DNA of 64,000 bases, taken from NCBI GenBank assembly GCA_903923135.1, contig CAIXWN010000091.1:91-64090 (forward strand). The letters run 5' to 3'. Positions within the stretch are counted from its first letter, which is position 1. Every line of letters begins with the position of its first letter. The DNA is from an uncultured Caulobacteraceae bacterium (GTDB lineage: Bacteria > Pseudomonadota > Alphaproteobacteria > Caulobacterales > Caulobacteraceae). The position numbers and the translations under genes were made by a program. The notes under the pieces were generated by a model. The model was given only the letters and a program-made list of their open reading frames with translations. It made no database searches and was not told the origin of the DNA. Below are positions 1-13,676 of the stretch, in pieces.

Positions 1-11
1 GCAGCGCCCAT
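1..11 (-). CDS. 5' end of a leftward CDS running off the window (ATG plus about 3 codons only)
   Basis: The reverse strand reads GAGGAGG-CGAAC-ATG GGC GCT. A strong Shine-Dalgarno at 17-23 lies 5 nt from the ATG (11..9). The product cannot be called from 11 nt. Confidence 0.3.
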
Positions 12-94
12 GTTCGCCTCCTCGAATCAGAGGTCCCATCGACTCACGCCCTGCCTTCGAGGAAAATCCCCCCAGCGATCACATTCGATTCATC

Positions 95-339
95 TCAACA
101 GGCGTTTGCGCTAGGGCGCCCGACGTCGGCTGCGCCGCCGGCGGCGAAGGCCAGGGCGGCCACCCGACAGGCCGAGGCCAGGGGGCGCTCGCCACGGCCT
201 TCGTCGATCCTGATCAGCAGGGCGGGCAGGGTCAGGCCGAGCGCTGTCGCCGCACGCTCCAGAACGGTCCAGAATTCCGCTTCCAGGGCGATGGACGTCG
301 CGTGGCCGGCCAGCAAGACCGATCGTTTCCGCAGACCGC

Positions 340-343
<4 letters not shown>
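95..343 (-). CDS. ribbon-helix-helix domain protein (RHH_4-type)
   Basis: 82-aa ORF. The segment RKRSVLLAGHATSIALEAEFWTVLERAA..LTLPALLIRIDEGRG fits the RHH_4 family pattern from memory. The GTG start overlaps the upstream stop (GTGA at 340-343). Confidence 0.7.
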
Positions 344-1865
<1,522 letters not shown>

Positions 1866-1867
1866 TC

Positions 1868-2749
1868 ATGCAGGATCTCAGAGGCAAGGTCGCCTTCATC
1901 ACCGGCGGCGCGAGCGGCATCGGCCTGGCCATGGCCAGGGTCTTCGGTCGGGAAGGCATGAAGGTGATGCTGGCCGACATCGAGGCGCGCCCCCTGGCCG
2001 CCGCGGTGGCCGAGCTCCAAGGCCTGCAGATTCGCGCCGAAGGCGTCGTCGCCGATGTCCGCAGCCGGGACTCCCTCAAGAGCGCGGCGCTGGAGACCAT
2101 CGCCAAGTTCGGCAAGGTCCATCTGGTCTGCAACAACGCGGGGGTCGGCTCGGGGGGGGCTTTCGGCACGGTGCCCCCGAAGGACTGGGCCTGGGTCGTC
2201 GATGTGAACCAGCTCGGCGTCGTCTACGGCATGGAGATCTTCGCCCCGCTCATGATGAGCCACGGCGAGGGGGGACATTTCGTCAACACCGCGTCAATGG
2301 CCGGGATGGTCAGCCCCCCCGGCATGGAGCCCTACTGTGCGACGAAGTTCGCCGTGGTGGCCATGAGCGAGGGCTGGGCGGCGCAGCTTGCCCCGCAGAA
2401 TATCGGCGTCTCGATCCTCTGTCCGGGGTTTGTGAAGACGCGGATCCACGAGAGCCGTCGCAACCGTTCCGAGGACTATGGCGCCGAGCGCGCCCCCGAC
2501 TTCGATTCGAGCCTGACATCGCCGGTGCTGACGGGCATCCCGACCGAACCCGTGGCTGAAAGGGTGCTGGAGGGGGTCGTCGACAACGACCTCTACATCT
2601 TCACCCACCCGGAGATGCGGGCGGCCGTCGAGATGCGCTTCGCGCGGATCATGGAGGCGTTCGACAAGTCGGCCCGCAGCCGGGCGCTTTCCGTGCTGCC
2701 TGACCGGCCTGCGCCCAATCTCGACCCGATGGCGGCCGGAGGGCAATGA
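1868..2749 (+). CDS. SDR-family oxidoreductase
   Basis: 293 aa. Rossmann motif TGGASGIGLA and catalytic YCATK (YxxxK). Confidence 0.85.
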   Translation: MQDLRGKVAFITGGASGIGLAMARVFGREGMKVMLADIEARPLAAAVAELQGLQIRAEGVVADVRSRDSLKSAALETIAKFGKVHLVCNNAGVGSGGAFGTVPPKDWAWVVDVNQLGVVYGMEIFAPLMMSHGEGGHFVNTASMAGMVSPPGMEPYCATKFAVVAMSEGWAAQLAPQNIGVSILCPGFVKTRIHESRRNRSEDYGAERAPDFDSSLTSPVLTGIPTEPVAERVLEGVVDNDLYIFTHPEMRAAVEMRFARIMEAFDKSARSRALSVLPDRPAPNLDPMAAGGQ

Positions 2750-2788
2750 CGACCGGCGGACGCGCCGCCGCCGCCTGGACCTAGGGCG

Positions 2789-3457
2789 TTGCCGTCCGGG
2801 CCCGTACGCTGGCGGCGCGCCGCATTGGCCTTTCTCCTGTTCGGCGGGGCGGGCCTGGTTTTTCTGTTCGGCGCTGGCGTCATCGGTCTCAGGGGGCCAG
2901 AAACGGCGGGCCACTGGCTCGCTGCGGCCCGGGGTCCGTGGGCGCTGCCGTCGGCCGTGGCGGCGTTCGCCGCACTGGCCTTTCTGGGAATCCCGCAGTT
3001 CGTCCTGATCGCCGCTGCCGTGGCGGCCTTCGGCCCCTGGGCGGGCGGTGTCTACAGCTGGGCCGGCACCATGGTCTCGGCGTTGATCGGGTTCGGGCTC
3101 GGCCGCGTCTGGGGCGCGCGCCTTCTGGATCCTGAGTCAGACGGGGCGATCGGCCGCTTCATGGGCCTTGTGTCCAGGAATGGCCTGCTTGCCAGCCTGG
3201 TCATCCGTCTCGTCCCGTTCGCGCCGTTCGTGGTCGTGAACATGGCGGCCGGGGTGACGAGGATCCGCCTGTTCGATTTCACCCTTGGCACGGCTGTCGG
3301 AATCCTGCCGAAAATCGCCCTTACCGCCCTGGCCGGCGCGTCCCTCGCCGGCGCTCTGGGCGGCGGCGCAGGCGGGGTGACCATAGCCCTGCTGGTCGTC
3401 GCGGCCGGCGTCTGGATCGCCGCGAGTTTCGCCGCCCGCCGGTGGACGAAACCCTGA
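2789..3457 (+). CDS. TVP38/TMEM64 (DedA-related, VTT domain) membrane protein
   Basis: 222 aa and multi-TM. The segment LVIRLVPFAPFVVVNMAAGVTRIRLFDFTLGTAVGILPK is typical of the family. The TTG start is uncertain. Confidence 0.7.
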   Translation: MPSGPVRWRRAALAFLLFGGAGLVFLFGAGVIGLRGPETAGHWLAAARGPWALPSAVAAFAALAFLGIPQFVLIAAAVAAFGPWAGGVYSWAGTMVSALIGFGLGRVWGARLLDPESDGAIGRFMGLVSRNGLLASLVIRLVPFAPFVVVNMAAGVTRIRLFDFTLGTAVGILPKIALTALAGASLAGALGGGAGGVTIALLVVAAGVWIAASFAARRWTKP

Positions 3458-3473
3458 GGCCCCGCCGCCTGCG

Positions 3474-3845
3474 TCACGCCATCTGGGCCTGGAAGCCCGG
3501 CAGGTCGAAATAGTCTCGCCAGGCGCTGATAAGGTCGCCCTGGAACTCGAAGGCGCCCATGACCGGGACGGAAAGGGTCTTGTCGCCCATCACGAAGACG
3601 TCGATCCGCTCCGTGAGAACGACGCCCTCGGCCGTCTCCGCGATGTGGGTGATGCTCCAGCGCACGGCGCTTGCGGTCATCAGGAATGGCGAGATCGTGG
3701 CCCGGATGGCGTCATGGCCCTGCGCTTCAGACAGGCCGACATTCAGGTAGGTTGCGCCGGGCGTCATTCGCGCCAGAATCGCCTCCACATCGCGCGCCTC
3801 CCAGGCGGCGATGAAGTCTCGCACCCGCTCTGAATTCGACGTCAT
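3474..3845 (-). CDS. limonene-1,2-epoxide hydrolase-like / SnoaL-fold protein
   Basis: 123 aa. The N-terminus RVRDFIAAWEARDVEAILARM and the overall size fit the LEH/NTF2-like family. Confidence 0.65.
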   Translation of the reverse strand: MTSNSERVRDFIAAWEARDVEAILARMTPGATYLNVGLSEAQGHDAIRATISPFLMTASAVRWSITHIAETAEGVVLTERIDVFVMGDKTLSVPVMGAFEFQGDLISAWRDYFDLPGFQAQMA

Positions 3846-3998
3846 GGCGACCCCTCCGCGATCGTGATTTCCGCGCCAGTCCTATATCGGCGGTGGTCGG
3901 ATGACCATGGGCTCGCCAAAGCTCCCGCAACGTCAGGCTCGACTCCTCCACCGCATTCTTGGCAGGGAGGGGCCGGCTAAACCCTGAAGGAGCCTTCG

Positions 3999-5540
3999 GT
4001 GAACGATAACACTCCGGTCATTATCGGTGTCGGCGAGGCGTCTGAACGTATCGGCGCCCCGGGCTATTCGGCCTTGTCCCCGGCGGATCTCGCCGGGCGC
4101 GCGGCTGCCGCCGCCCTGACCGACGCCCTCGGTGTCGGCGCGCTCGCGCCGCATATCGAGGTGATCGCGGCCATCCGGCAATTCGAGGTCTCAGGGCCCC
4201 GCGTCGTGCCGCCGTTCGGCCGCGCCGACAATTTCCCCCGGGCGGTCGGACGCCGGATCGGCGCGGATCCGGCCCACGCGATCCTGGAGCCCGTAGGGGG
4301 GCAGGGGCCCCAGCACCTGGTCAACGAGCTCACCCAGGCGATCGGCGCCGGCGAACTCGGCATGGCCCTGATCTGCGGCTCGGAAGCCATCTCCACGGTG
4401 CGTCACCTGCACACCCTGGGCGAGAGCCGGGACTGGTCGGAGACGGTCGGCGGTCAGCTCGAGGATCGCGGTCTGGGGGCCCGGCTGATCAATCCTGACC
4501 TGACCCATCATGGCGCGCGGACGGCGATCAGTTGCTATGCGCTCCTGGAGAACGCCCGGCGCGCCCGCCTCGGCCTGTCGCGCGCCGACTATGCCCTCGA
4601 GATGGGGCGGCTCTTCGCGCCGTTCACAGAGGTGGCCGCGACCAACCCCCACGCCATGTCGCAGGATATCCACACCGCCGAGGCCTTGGCCACGGTGACG
4701 GTCTCCAACCGCCTCACGTCGGATCCCTTCACCCGCCGCCTCGTGGCTCGCGACCAGGCCAATCAGGGCGCCGCCGTCCTGATCGCCTCCGTGGCGAGGG
4801 CCCGCGAACTCGGCGTGCCGGAGGATCGGTTCATCTATCTGCATGGCGGCGCCGACGCGCAGGAGCGCACGCCAATGGAGCGGGCGGATCTGTCGTCGAG
4901 TCCGGCGTCGGTGCTGGCCGCCCGGCAGGCGATCGACGTGGCGGGCGTCACCCTGGATCAGATCGACATCTTCGACCTCTACAGCTGCTTCCCGATCGCC
5001 GTGTTCAACGTCCGCGACGGTCTCGGAATCGCCGCGGACGATCCGCGACCGCTGACCGTCACCGGAGGCCTGCCCTACTTCGGCGGGGCGGGTAACAACT
5101 ATTCGATGCACGCCATAGCCTCCATGGTTCGCCGTCTGCGGGCGGAACCGTCTCGGTTCGGACTCGTGGCGGCCAACGGCGGCATCCTGTCGAAGTATTC
5201 CGTGGGCGTCTATTCGGCCCGGCCGGCGCCGTGGCGAGGCTTCGACAGTCGGGCGCTCCAGGCCGAGGTGGACGGCTGGGCGGCGCCGGTCGTGCTCCCG
5301 GGCGAAGGCGAAGGCGTTGTGGAAACCTACACGGTCGATCACGCCCACAAGACGCCCGTCGGCGTCGTCATCGGTCGACTGAACGGCAGCGGCGCGCGCT
5401 TCGTTGCCATGACCGATTCGGCCGATCCGACGGTCGTCCGGCGCATGATCGAGGCCGACCCTCTCGGGGCGGCGCTGACGGTCTCCCGCAACGCCGAGGA
5501 CCATTCGATCGTGACCTCGATCCGGCCCCTGGCGGGTTAG
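3999..5540 (+). CDS. thiolase-like (SCP-x type) protein with a C-terminal OB/DUF35-like extension
   Basis: 513 aa. GTG start preceded by GAAGGAG. Thiolase-like core (IICGSEAIS.., GGLPYFGGAGNNYSMHAI) plus an extra C-terminal domain of about 110 aa. Confidence 0.75.
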   Translation: MNDNTPVIIGVGEASERIGAPGYSALSPADLAGRAAAAALTDALGVGALAPHIEVIAAIRQFEVSGPRVVPPFGRADNFPRAVGRRIGADPAHAILEPVGGQGPQHLVNELTQAIGAGELGMALICGSEAISTVRHLHTLGESRDWSETVGGQLEDRGLGARLINPDLTHHGARTAISCYALLENARRARLGLSRADYALEMGRLFAPFTEVAATNPHAMSQDIHTAEALATVTVSNRLTSDPFTRRLVARDQANQGAAVLIASVARARELGVPEDRFIYLHGGADAQERTPMERADLSSSPASVLAARQAIDVAGVTLDQIDIFDLYSCFPIAVFNVRDGLGIAADDPRPLTVTGGLPYFGGAGNNYSMHAIASMVRRLRAEPSRFGLVAANGGILSKYSVGVYSARPAPWRGFDSRALQAEVDGWAAPVVLPGEGEGVVETYTVDHAHKTPVGVVIGRLNGSGARFVAMTDSADPTVVRRMIEADPLGAALTVSRNAEDHSIVTSIRPLAG

Positions 5541-5577
5541 GACACCCGCCGACGGGGTCGCGGGCGGCTTCCTGGGG

Positions 5578-7365
5578 TCAGGCCGGGATGCCGAGGCTGC
5601 TGGCCAGAGCGGCCGGCGCCTCGATGACCTTCGCGCCCAGGTACTCGCCCAGAGACTTGGCCTGCTTGTCGATCCGGTTGTTCGATGACGCGCCGCCGCC
5701 CAGCACGCCCTTTATGTAGAAGTTCAGCGCGCGGAGGTTCGGGATCTCATAACGGTCGATCTCGAACCCGGCCATGTCCGGGCAAAGCCGTTTGAACTCG
5801 GCCACGGTCAGGTACCGATGGAGGAAGCCGTACGCCTCGTCGCTGCGGGCCCAGACGCCGCAGTTGGCGTTGCCGCCCTTGTCGCCCGACCGAGTACCAA
5901 AGAGGCGACCGAACGGAATGCGAGTCGACTCGCCGGACGGCGGAGGGGGAATCCGAACCGGCTGCGTCTGATAGTAGATGTCCTCGAGATCGAGCCGCTG
6001 GGTCGGGAGCACCTCGATCTGACGACCGTCGGACAGGTGAACCCGCTCGGTCACTTTCCGGCTGTCGATCAGTGCGGGCCAGTGAACGATCACGCGTTCG
6101 CCGCCGAAGCCGCCGCCCCCGCGACCGGTGTTGCCGGGTATGGTGGCGAGGCCAAGTTCGGTGATCTTGGCGGCGAACAGGCGGCCGAATTTGGAGCCGT
6201 CATGGTGTGTCAGGGTGATGCGCAGGGCGGCGTGGGCCACTTCGTTGCTCGCCGGATTCTCCTGGTCGCTCCGGATCAACTGCACATCCACCACGTCGAA
6301 CTGATCACGGCCGCCGAGATTGTAGAAGATCTGGTCGAGGAAGATTTCGGCCTTCCGCTCGATGTCGAGCCCGGTGAGCAGCACCTCGAAACTCTGCTTG
6401 AAGGGGCCGAGGGTGTTGAAACACACCTTGTGGGTGGGAGGCGGACTTGAGCCGCGACAGCCCGACACGCGAACGCGATCAGGGCCCTGCTGGACAATGT
6501 TCAGGGTGTCGAAATGGGCGACCACATCCGGATTGACATAGGCCGCGGTCGAGATTTCGTAGAGCAATTGCGCTGTGACCGTGCCCACCGAAACCAGACC
6601 GCCAGTGCCTGGGTGCTTGGTGATCGTGAACGCCCCGTCTCGTTCGATCTCGGCAATCGGATAGCCGACGTTTCGGAAGCTGGGCACCTCCTGGAAGAAG
6701 GCGTAGTTGCCGCCGCAACACTGCGCCCCGCACTCGATCACATGGCCCGCCGTCAGCGCGCCGGCCAGGGCGTCGTAGTCGTCGCGTTTCCAGCCGAATT
6801 TCCAGGCGGCCGGCCCGATGACAAGGGCCGCGTCGGTGACCCTCGGGCAGATGACGATGTCGGCGCCCTCGTCCAGGGCGGTCTTGATGCCCCAGGCCCC
6901 GAAGTAGACATTGGCCGTCAGCGGCTTCTGGCCGGATCCTTCCAGCGTCGCGCCGGTGTCGAGATTCAGGAAGGCCTCGCCCTCCGCCTGCAGCGCCGGC
7001 AGCCTGCCGAGCAGGTCGTCGCCGTCGATCCAGGCCACCTTCAGGCTGAGGCCCAGCTTGGTGAGTATCTTGCCGACCTCGTCGGCCATGCTCCTTGGAT
7101 TAAGCCCGCCGGCGTTGGTGACGATCTTGATTCCGCGATCCTGGCAGAGCCGGGCGACCTCCTCCAACTGCTTCAGAAAAGTGCCGACATAGCCCATCTG
7201 TTCGCCGCGCGCCTGCTTCTGGCTGAACAGAATCGACATGGTCAGTTCGGCCAGATAATCGCCGGTCAGCACGTCGATGGGGCCGCCTTCGACCATCTCC
7301 CGCGCGGCGTCGAGGCGGTCGCCGTAGTATCCGCTGCAGTTGGCGATGCGGATGATGTCGGTCAT
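5578..7365 (-). CDS. AtuA-family (DUF1446 fused to a DUF4387-like C-terminus) acyclic terpene utilisation protein
   Basis: 595 aa. The N-terminus IRIANCSGYYGDRLDAAREMVEGGPIDVLTGDYLAELTM is characteristic of AtuA/DUF1446. Confidence 0.85.
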   Translation of the reverse strand: MTDIIRIANCSGYYGDRLDAAREMVEGGPIDVLTGDYLAELTMSILFSQKQARGEQMGYVGTFLKQLEEVARLCQDRGIKIVTNAGGLNPRSMADEVGKILTKLGLSLKVAWIDGDDLLGRLPALQAEGEAFLNLDTGATLEGSGQKPLTANVYFGAWGIKTALDEGADIVICPRVTDAALVIGPAAWKFGWKRDDYDALAGALTAGHVIECGAQCCGGNYAFFQEVPSFRNVGYPIAEIERDGAFTITKHPGTGGLVSVGTVTAQLLYEISTAAYVNPDVVAHFDTLNIVQQGPDRVRVSGCRGSSPPPTHKVCFNTLGPFKQSFEVLLTGLDIERKAEIFLDQIFYNLGGRDQFDVVDVQLIRSDQENPASNEVAHAALRITLTHHDGSKFGRLFAAKITELGLATIPGNTGRGGGGFGGERVIVHWPALIDSRKVTERVHLSDGRQIEVLPTQRLDLEDIYYQTQPVRIPPPPSGESTRIPFGRLFGTRSGDKGGNANCGVWARSDEAYGFLHRYLTVAEFKRLCPDMAGFEIDRYEIPNLRALNFYIKGVLGGGASSNNRIDKQAKSLGEYLGAKVIEAPAALASSLGIPA

Positions 7366-7383
7366 GTGCGTTCTCTGTTTCGA

Positions 7384-8160
7384 CTATTGACCGGCGGCCC
7401 AGGCCGGTTTGCGTTTCTCCCGGAAGGCCGCCATGCCCTCGGCGGCTTCTTCCGTGCGGAACACGCGGGCGCTCCACGGGGCGGTCTGCTCGAACCCGTC
7501 CTCGATCGACAGGGTCGCCACCCGACGGATCAGGCGTTTGCATTCGCTCACGGCGTTCGGCCCGCCCTGGTTGATCATGTCGATTTCCGTCTGGACGGCG
7601 AGCGTGAGCTCCGCGGCCGGCACGGCCCGATGGGCGAGGCCGAAGTCGACGGCCTGGCGGCCGGTGAACCGTTCACCCGTGAGGAACAGCTTCATCGCAT
7701 TGTGCACCCCCAGTTTCGGCAGGCACACCACGGAGATCACCGCCGGAATCACGCCGATGCGCACTTCGGAGAAACTGAACGGCACATCTTCGGCGGTGAC
7801 GACGATGTCCGAGGCGCCCACAAGGCCGAGGCCTCCGGCGAAGGCCGCGCCGTTGATCGCGGCGATCACCGGCTTCGGACTGTCCAGCATGGCTTTGAGC
7901 ACCTCTGGAAGTCCCCGGCTCTGGCCCCCGGCTGTGGGCGAGCCGGGCGGGTTCTTCAGGTCGGCCCCGGCGCAGAAGGCCGGCCCGGCGCCGGTGATGA
8001 CGATGCACCGCACCGAGGGGTCTGCGTTGGCGTCGGCGAGGTGGTGGTAGAGTTCGTTGACCAGACCGGCGGACAGCGCGTTGCGATTCTCCGGGCGATT
8101 CAGGGTGATCCAGGCCGCGCCCCCGCGGATGTCGTAGAGCGTGGACTCCGTCGTGGTCAT
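7384..8160 (-). CDS. enoyl-CoA hydratase/isomerase (crotonase) family
   Basis: 258 aa. Contains crotonase motifs FCAGADLK and AAINGAAFAGGLGL. Confidence 0.85.
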   Translation of the reverse strand: MTTTESTLYDIRGGAAWITLNRPENRNALSAGLVNELYHHLADANADPSVRCIVITGAGPAFCAGADLKNPPGSPTAGGQSRGLPEVLKAMLDSPKPVIAAINGAAFAGGLGLVGASDIVVTAEDVPFSFSEVRIGVIPAVISVVCLPKLGVHNAMKLFLTGERFTGRQAVDFGLAHRAVPAAELTLAVQTEIDMINQGGPNAVSECKRLIRRVATLSIEDGFEQTAPWSARVFRTEEAAEGMAAFREKRKPAWAAGQ

Positions 8161-8164
8161 CGTC

Positions 8165-10146
8165 CTATCCCTCGGCTTCCGCGACGTCCAGGGTCAGCAG
8201 CTTCTGTCCGTTGCCCACCTGGTCGCCGACGGCGATGTGGATCTCGCCCACGACGCCGTCCTGGGGTGCGACGATCCGATGTTCCATCTTCATGGCCTCA
8301 AGCATCACCAGCAGCTGGCCCCTGCTGACCGATTCGCCGACCGCCACGGTCAGGGCCCGGATCACACCTGGCATGGGCGCTTTCAGCCCGCCGGACAGGT
8401 CATCGGCGCGAACGTCCGGATAGCGCGGCAGTTCCCGAAGGCTCAGATCGCCCTGGGCGCCGTGCAGGCTCCACAGATCGTCATGAAGGTGGACCCGGTA
8501 GCTAAGTCGCAGACCGTCGATCTCGACGTCCACCTCGCCGGTCCCGCTTCGGCAGGTGCGCACCAGACGCTCGGTGTCATCAATCTGCATCCGGAACAGG
8601 CCGTCGCGCCGGGCGCGATAGGCGACACGCACGGTCTCGTCAGCCGTCCTGAAGGCGATCTGCTCCATGGGCGTCACCGAACCGCGCCAGCCGCTGGGCA
8701 GCCGGCCGAGCACCCTGGCGGCGGCGCGGCGGCGCGCCTGGCCCTCGATCGTCGCGGCGATCGCGGCGTTGACCAGTTCCGACCGCGAGGGAATCCGCCG
8801 TGTCGAGGGTGCGACGCGGGCGATGAAGTCGGTGGTGGTGTCGCCGGCGAGGAACTCCGGCGTCCGCAGGGTCGCGACCAGGAAATCACGGTTTGTGGTG
8901 AGTCCCTGAATCTCCGTGGTCTCGAGCGCCCGGGCGAGGCGACTGGCGGCTTCCCGACGGGTCGGCGCATGGACGATCACCTTGGCGATCATGGCGTCGA
9001 AGTCCGGACTGACCTCGCTGCCGGCCTCGACGCCGGAGTCGAACCGCGCGCCGCCCGTGGTGGACGGCGTCCAGGCGATCAGGGTTCCGGGCGCCGGAAG
9101 GAAGTCGGCCGCGGGGTCCTCGGCGCAGAGGCGGGCCTCGATGGCGCAGCCGCCGATGGCGATGTCGGCCTGGGTGAACGACAGGTGTTCGCCCTCGGCG
9201 ATGCGGATCTGTTCGCGGACCAGATCCTTGCCGATGATCGCCTCGGTCACCGGGTGCTCCACCTGCAGACGCGCGTTCACCTCGAGGAACCAGAACGCCT
9301 CGCCGCTCAGCAGGAACTCCACCGTGCCCGCCGAGGAATAGCCGAGCCGGCGAGCGGCCGCGACGGCCGCCTGGCACATGGCCTGCCGGGTGTCCTCGCC
9401 AAGTGCTGGCGAGGGGGCCTCCTCGATGACCTTCTGGTGTCGCCGCTGGATCGAGCATTCCCTCTCGAAACCGTGGACGATGTTGCCGCGCCGGTCGCCC
9501 AGAATCTGGATCTCGACGTGGCGGGATTGCTCCAGCCAGCGCTCCAGGAACACCGTGTCGTCGCCGAACGCGGCGCCGGCCTCTCGACGGGCGCTCTCGA
9601 CCGCGTCGTCCAGGTCGGCCTCACGGCTCACCACACGCATGCCGCGGCCCCCGCCGCCGGCCGAGGCCTTCACCAGAATGGGGTAGCCTATGTCCCGGGC
9701 GGCGGCCTTGATGTCCACGCCTGGGGTGATCTCGGCCGCGGGCAGGGTTGGCACCCCGGCCGCCTGCATCAGCCGTTTGGCGGAGAGCTTGTCGCCCATC
9801 TGGGCGATGACATGGGGCTCGGGCCCCACCCAGGCCAGGCCCGCGTCGATGACGGCGCTGGCGAAGGCCGCGTTCTCCGACAGGAAGCCGTAGCCCGGGT
9901 GAACAGCGTCGGCGCCAGACCTTCGACAGGCGTCGATCACCTTGGCGATATCCAGGTAAGATTCCGCCGACGTGCGCCCGTTCAGCGCCACGGCGATGTC
10001 GGCTTCGGCGACAAAGGGCGCCGATCGGTCGCCGTAGGCGTAGACCGCCACTGTGGAGATACCCATCTCCCGAGCGGTGCGGAAAATCCGTCGCGCGATC
10101 TCGCCGCGGTTGGCCACCAGCAGGCGGGTGATCGGCCGGATAGCGA

Positions 10147-10159
<13 letters not shown>
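8165..10159 (-). CDS. acyl-CoA carboxylase alpha subunit (biotin carboxylase plus biotinyl carrier domain)
   Basis: 664 aa. Has an N-terminal ATP-grasp biotin carboxylase (LVANRGEIARRI) and a C-terminal biotinylation motif EAMKME. Confidence 0.9.
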
Positions 10160-11778
<1,619 letters not shown>

Positions 11779-12044
11779 TTTCACTCCCTGCACATCAGGT
11801 CACGCGCCTAAGCGTGTACGGATCCCCCCTGGTGTCGCGATCAGAGTTCTTCAGCCAAACGTAAGGCCGATCATTGAATTTGAACCGCTATGCCGTCTTA
11901 TCTTCATGGCGTAAAGTCTGATGGATCAGGAAAACGCGGTGGGAACGGCGCACGCGCAGACGGCCTCGGCGGCGGTGGGCGAAGAAGGCAACCGTACCGT
12001 CGCCAACGCCGCCCGATGCGGCTTGAGTGAGGACACGTCGCCCA

Positions 12045-13676
12045 ATGAAATGGTGTTTCGCCGATATCTTTGAAACCGTCGCCGAACTTGTCCCCGAGAG
12101 CATCGCCCTGGTGAACGGCGACACCCGCCGAACCTGGCGGGACTATGAGGATCGCGCCGCCCGCATCGCCACCGCCCTGAGGGTCGCCGGCGTCGCTGCG
12201 GACTCCAAGGTCGCCCTCTACGGCCACAACTCCAACGAGTACCTTGAGGCGCAATTCGGCGTGTTCAAGGCTCGGGGCGTGCCGGTGAACGTGAACTACC
12301 GCTATGTCGAACATGAGTTGGTCTATCTGTTCGACAATTCCGACGCCGAAGCTGTGGTCTACGATGCCCAGTTCGCGCCGCGGCTGGCCGCGATCCGGGA
12401 TCAGCTGCCCAAGCTGAAGCTGTTCATCGAGATCGACGACGGGTCGGGCCAGACTCTGCCCGGGTCCACCGCTTTCGAGGCCGTCATCGCGGCCAACGAT
12501 CGGCTGCCGAAACAGGCTTACAACGAAGACGACGTCTATATGCTCTACACCGGCGGCACGACGGGCATGCCCAAGGGCGTCATGTATCGCCAGGGCGATT
12601 TCACCCTCGGGCTCGCCGCAGCGGGCATCGGGCCGGGAGCGCCGGCCACCGCCGGGGCCCTCGCGGAGACGATCCTGGCCCTGGCGGCGGACGCCGCCGC
12701 GCCGGTCAGCCTGCCGGCCTGTCCGTTGATGCATGGCACGGGGCTCTGGCTGGGCGTGTTCATCGCCCACTTCGTCGGCGGCGCGGTCGTGACGGCGCGG
12801 AACGATCATTTCGATCCCCACGCCCTTTGGCGTCTGATCGCCAGGCAGCGCGTCACGGCCGTGGCCATCGTCGGCGATGCGTTCGCCAAGCCGATGCTCG
12901 CCGCCCTGAAGGAGGCTCAGGCCGCCGGGACCCCGCACGATCTGTCGTCACTCAAACAGATCATCTCGTCAGGCGTGATGTTCTCCACAGAGGTGAAGCG
13001 CGGCCTGCTCGAATTCGCCGATATCGCCATTCTCGACGCCATGGGCTCCACCGAGGGCAGCATGGGATCGTCGGTCGTATCGCGCGAACTGCCGCCTGGG
13101 GAAACCGCAAGGTTCATGAAGAACCCCACTACGAGGGTGTTCAACGACCGTGATGAGGAGGTTCAGCCGGGATCCGATGAGGTCGGCATGATCGCAAACG
13201 GTGGATTCTCGCCGATCGGCTACTACAAGGACCCTGAGAAGAGCGCCCGCACCTTCCGCGTGATCGACGGCCAGCGATATTCCTTCCCCGGCGACTTCGC
13301 CAAGGTCGCAGCCGACGGATCGCTGATCCTGCTCGGTAGGGGGTCGGTATGCATCAACACTGGCGGTGAGAAGGTGTTTCCCGAAGAGGTCGAAGAGGCG
13401 CTCAAGGCCCATGACAGCGTCTGGGACGCCCTCGTCGTCGGGGTGCCCGATGAACGGTTCGGTGAGCGTGTCACGGCCGTCGTCTCGGCGCGCGCAGGTC
13501 ATGAAATCGACGAGGGCGTTCTTGTCGCATTCGCCCGTCACCGCCTGGCCGGCTACAAGATGCCCCGCCGCGTCGTCGTCGTCGACACCGTCAAGCGCGC
13601 CGCCAACGGCAAGGCTGACTACAAGTGGGCCAAGGAAACGGCCCTGCAGGATCATGCCAAGGGAGACCGCCCGTGA
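12045..13676 (+). CDS. AMP-dependent acyl-CoA synthetase/ligase
   Basis: AMP-binding motif YTGGTTGMPKG. The start was chosen at MKWCFADIFE. An alternative GTG lies at 12027. Confidence 0.85.
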   Translation: MKWCFADIFETVAELVPESIALVNGDTRRTWRDYEDRAARIATALRVAGVAADSKVALYGHNSNEYLEAQFGVFKARGVPVNVNYRYVEHELVYLFDNSDAEAVVYDAQFAPRLAAIRDQLPKLKLFIEIDDGSGQTLPGSTAFEAVIAANDRLPKQAYNEDDVYMLYTGGTTGMPKGVMYRQGDFTLGLAAAGIGPGAPATAGALAETILALAADAAAPVSLPACPLMHGTGLWLGVFIAHFVGGAVVTARNDHFDPHALWRLIARQRVTAVAIVGDAFAKPMLAALKEAQAAGTPHDLSSLKQIISSGVMFSTEVKRGLLEFADIAILDAMGSTEGSMGSSVVSRELPPGETARFMKNPTTRVFNDRDEEVQPGSDEVGMIANGGFSPIGYYKDPEKSARTFRVIDGQRYSFPGDFAKVAADGSLILLGRGSVCINTGGEKVFPEEVEEALKAHDSVWDALVVGVPDERFGERVTAVVSARAGHEIDEGVLVAFARHRLAGYKMPRRVVVVDTVKRAANGKADYKWAKETALQDHAKGDRP

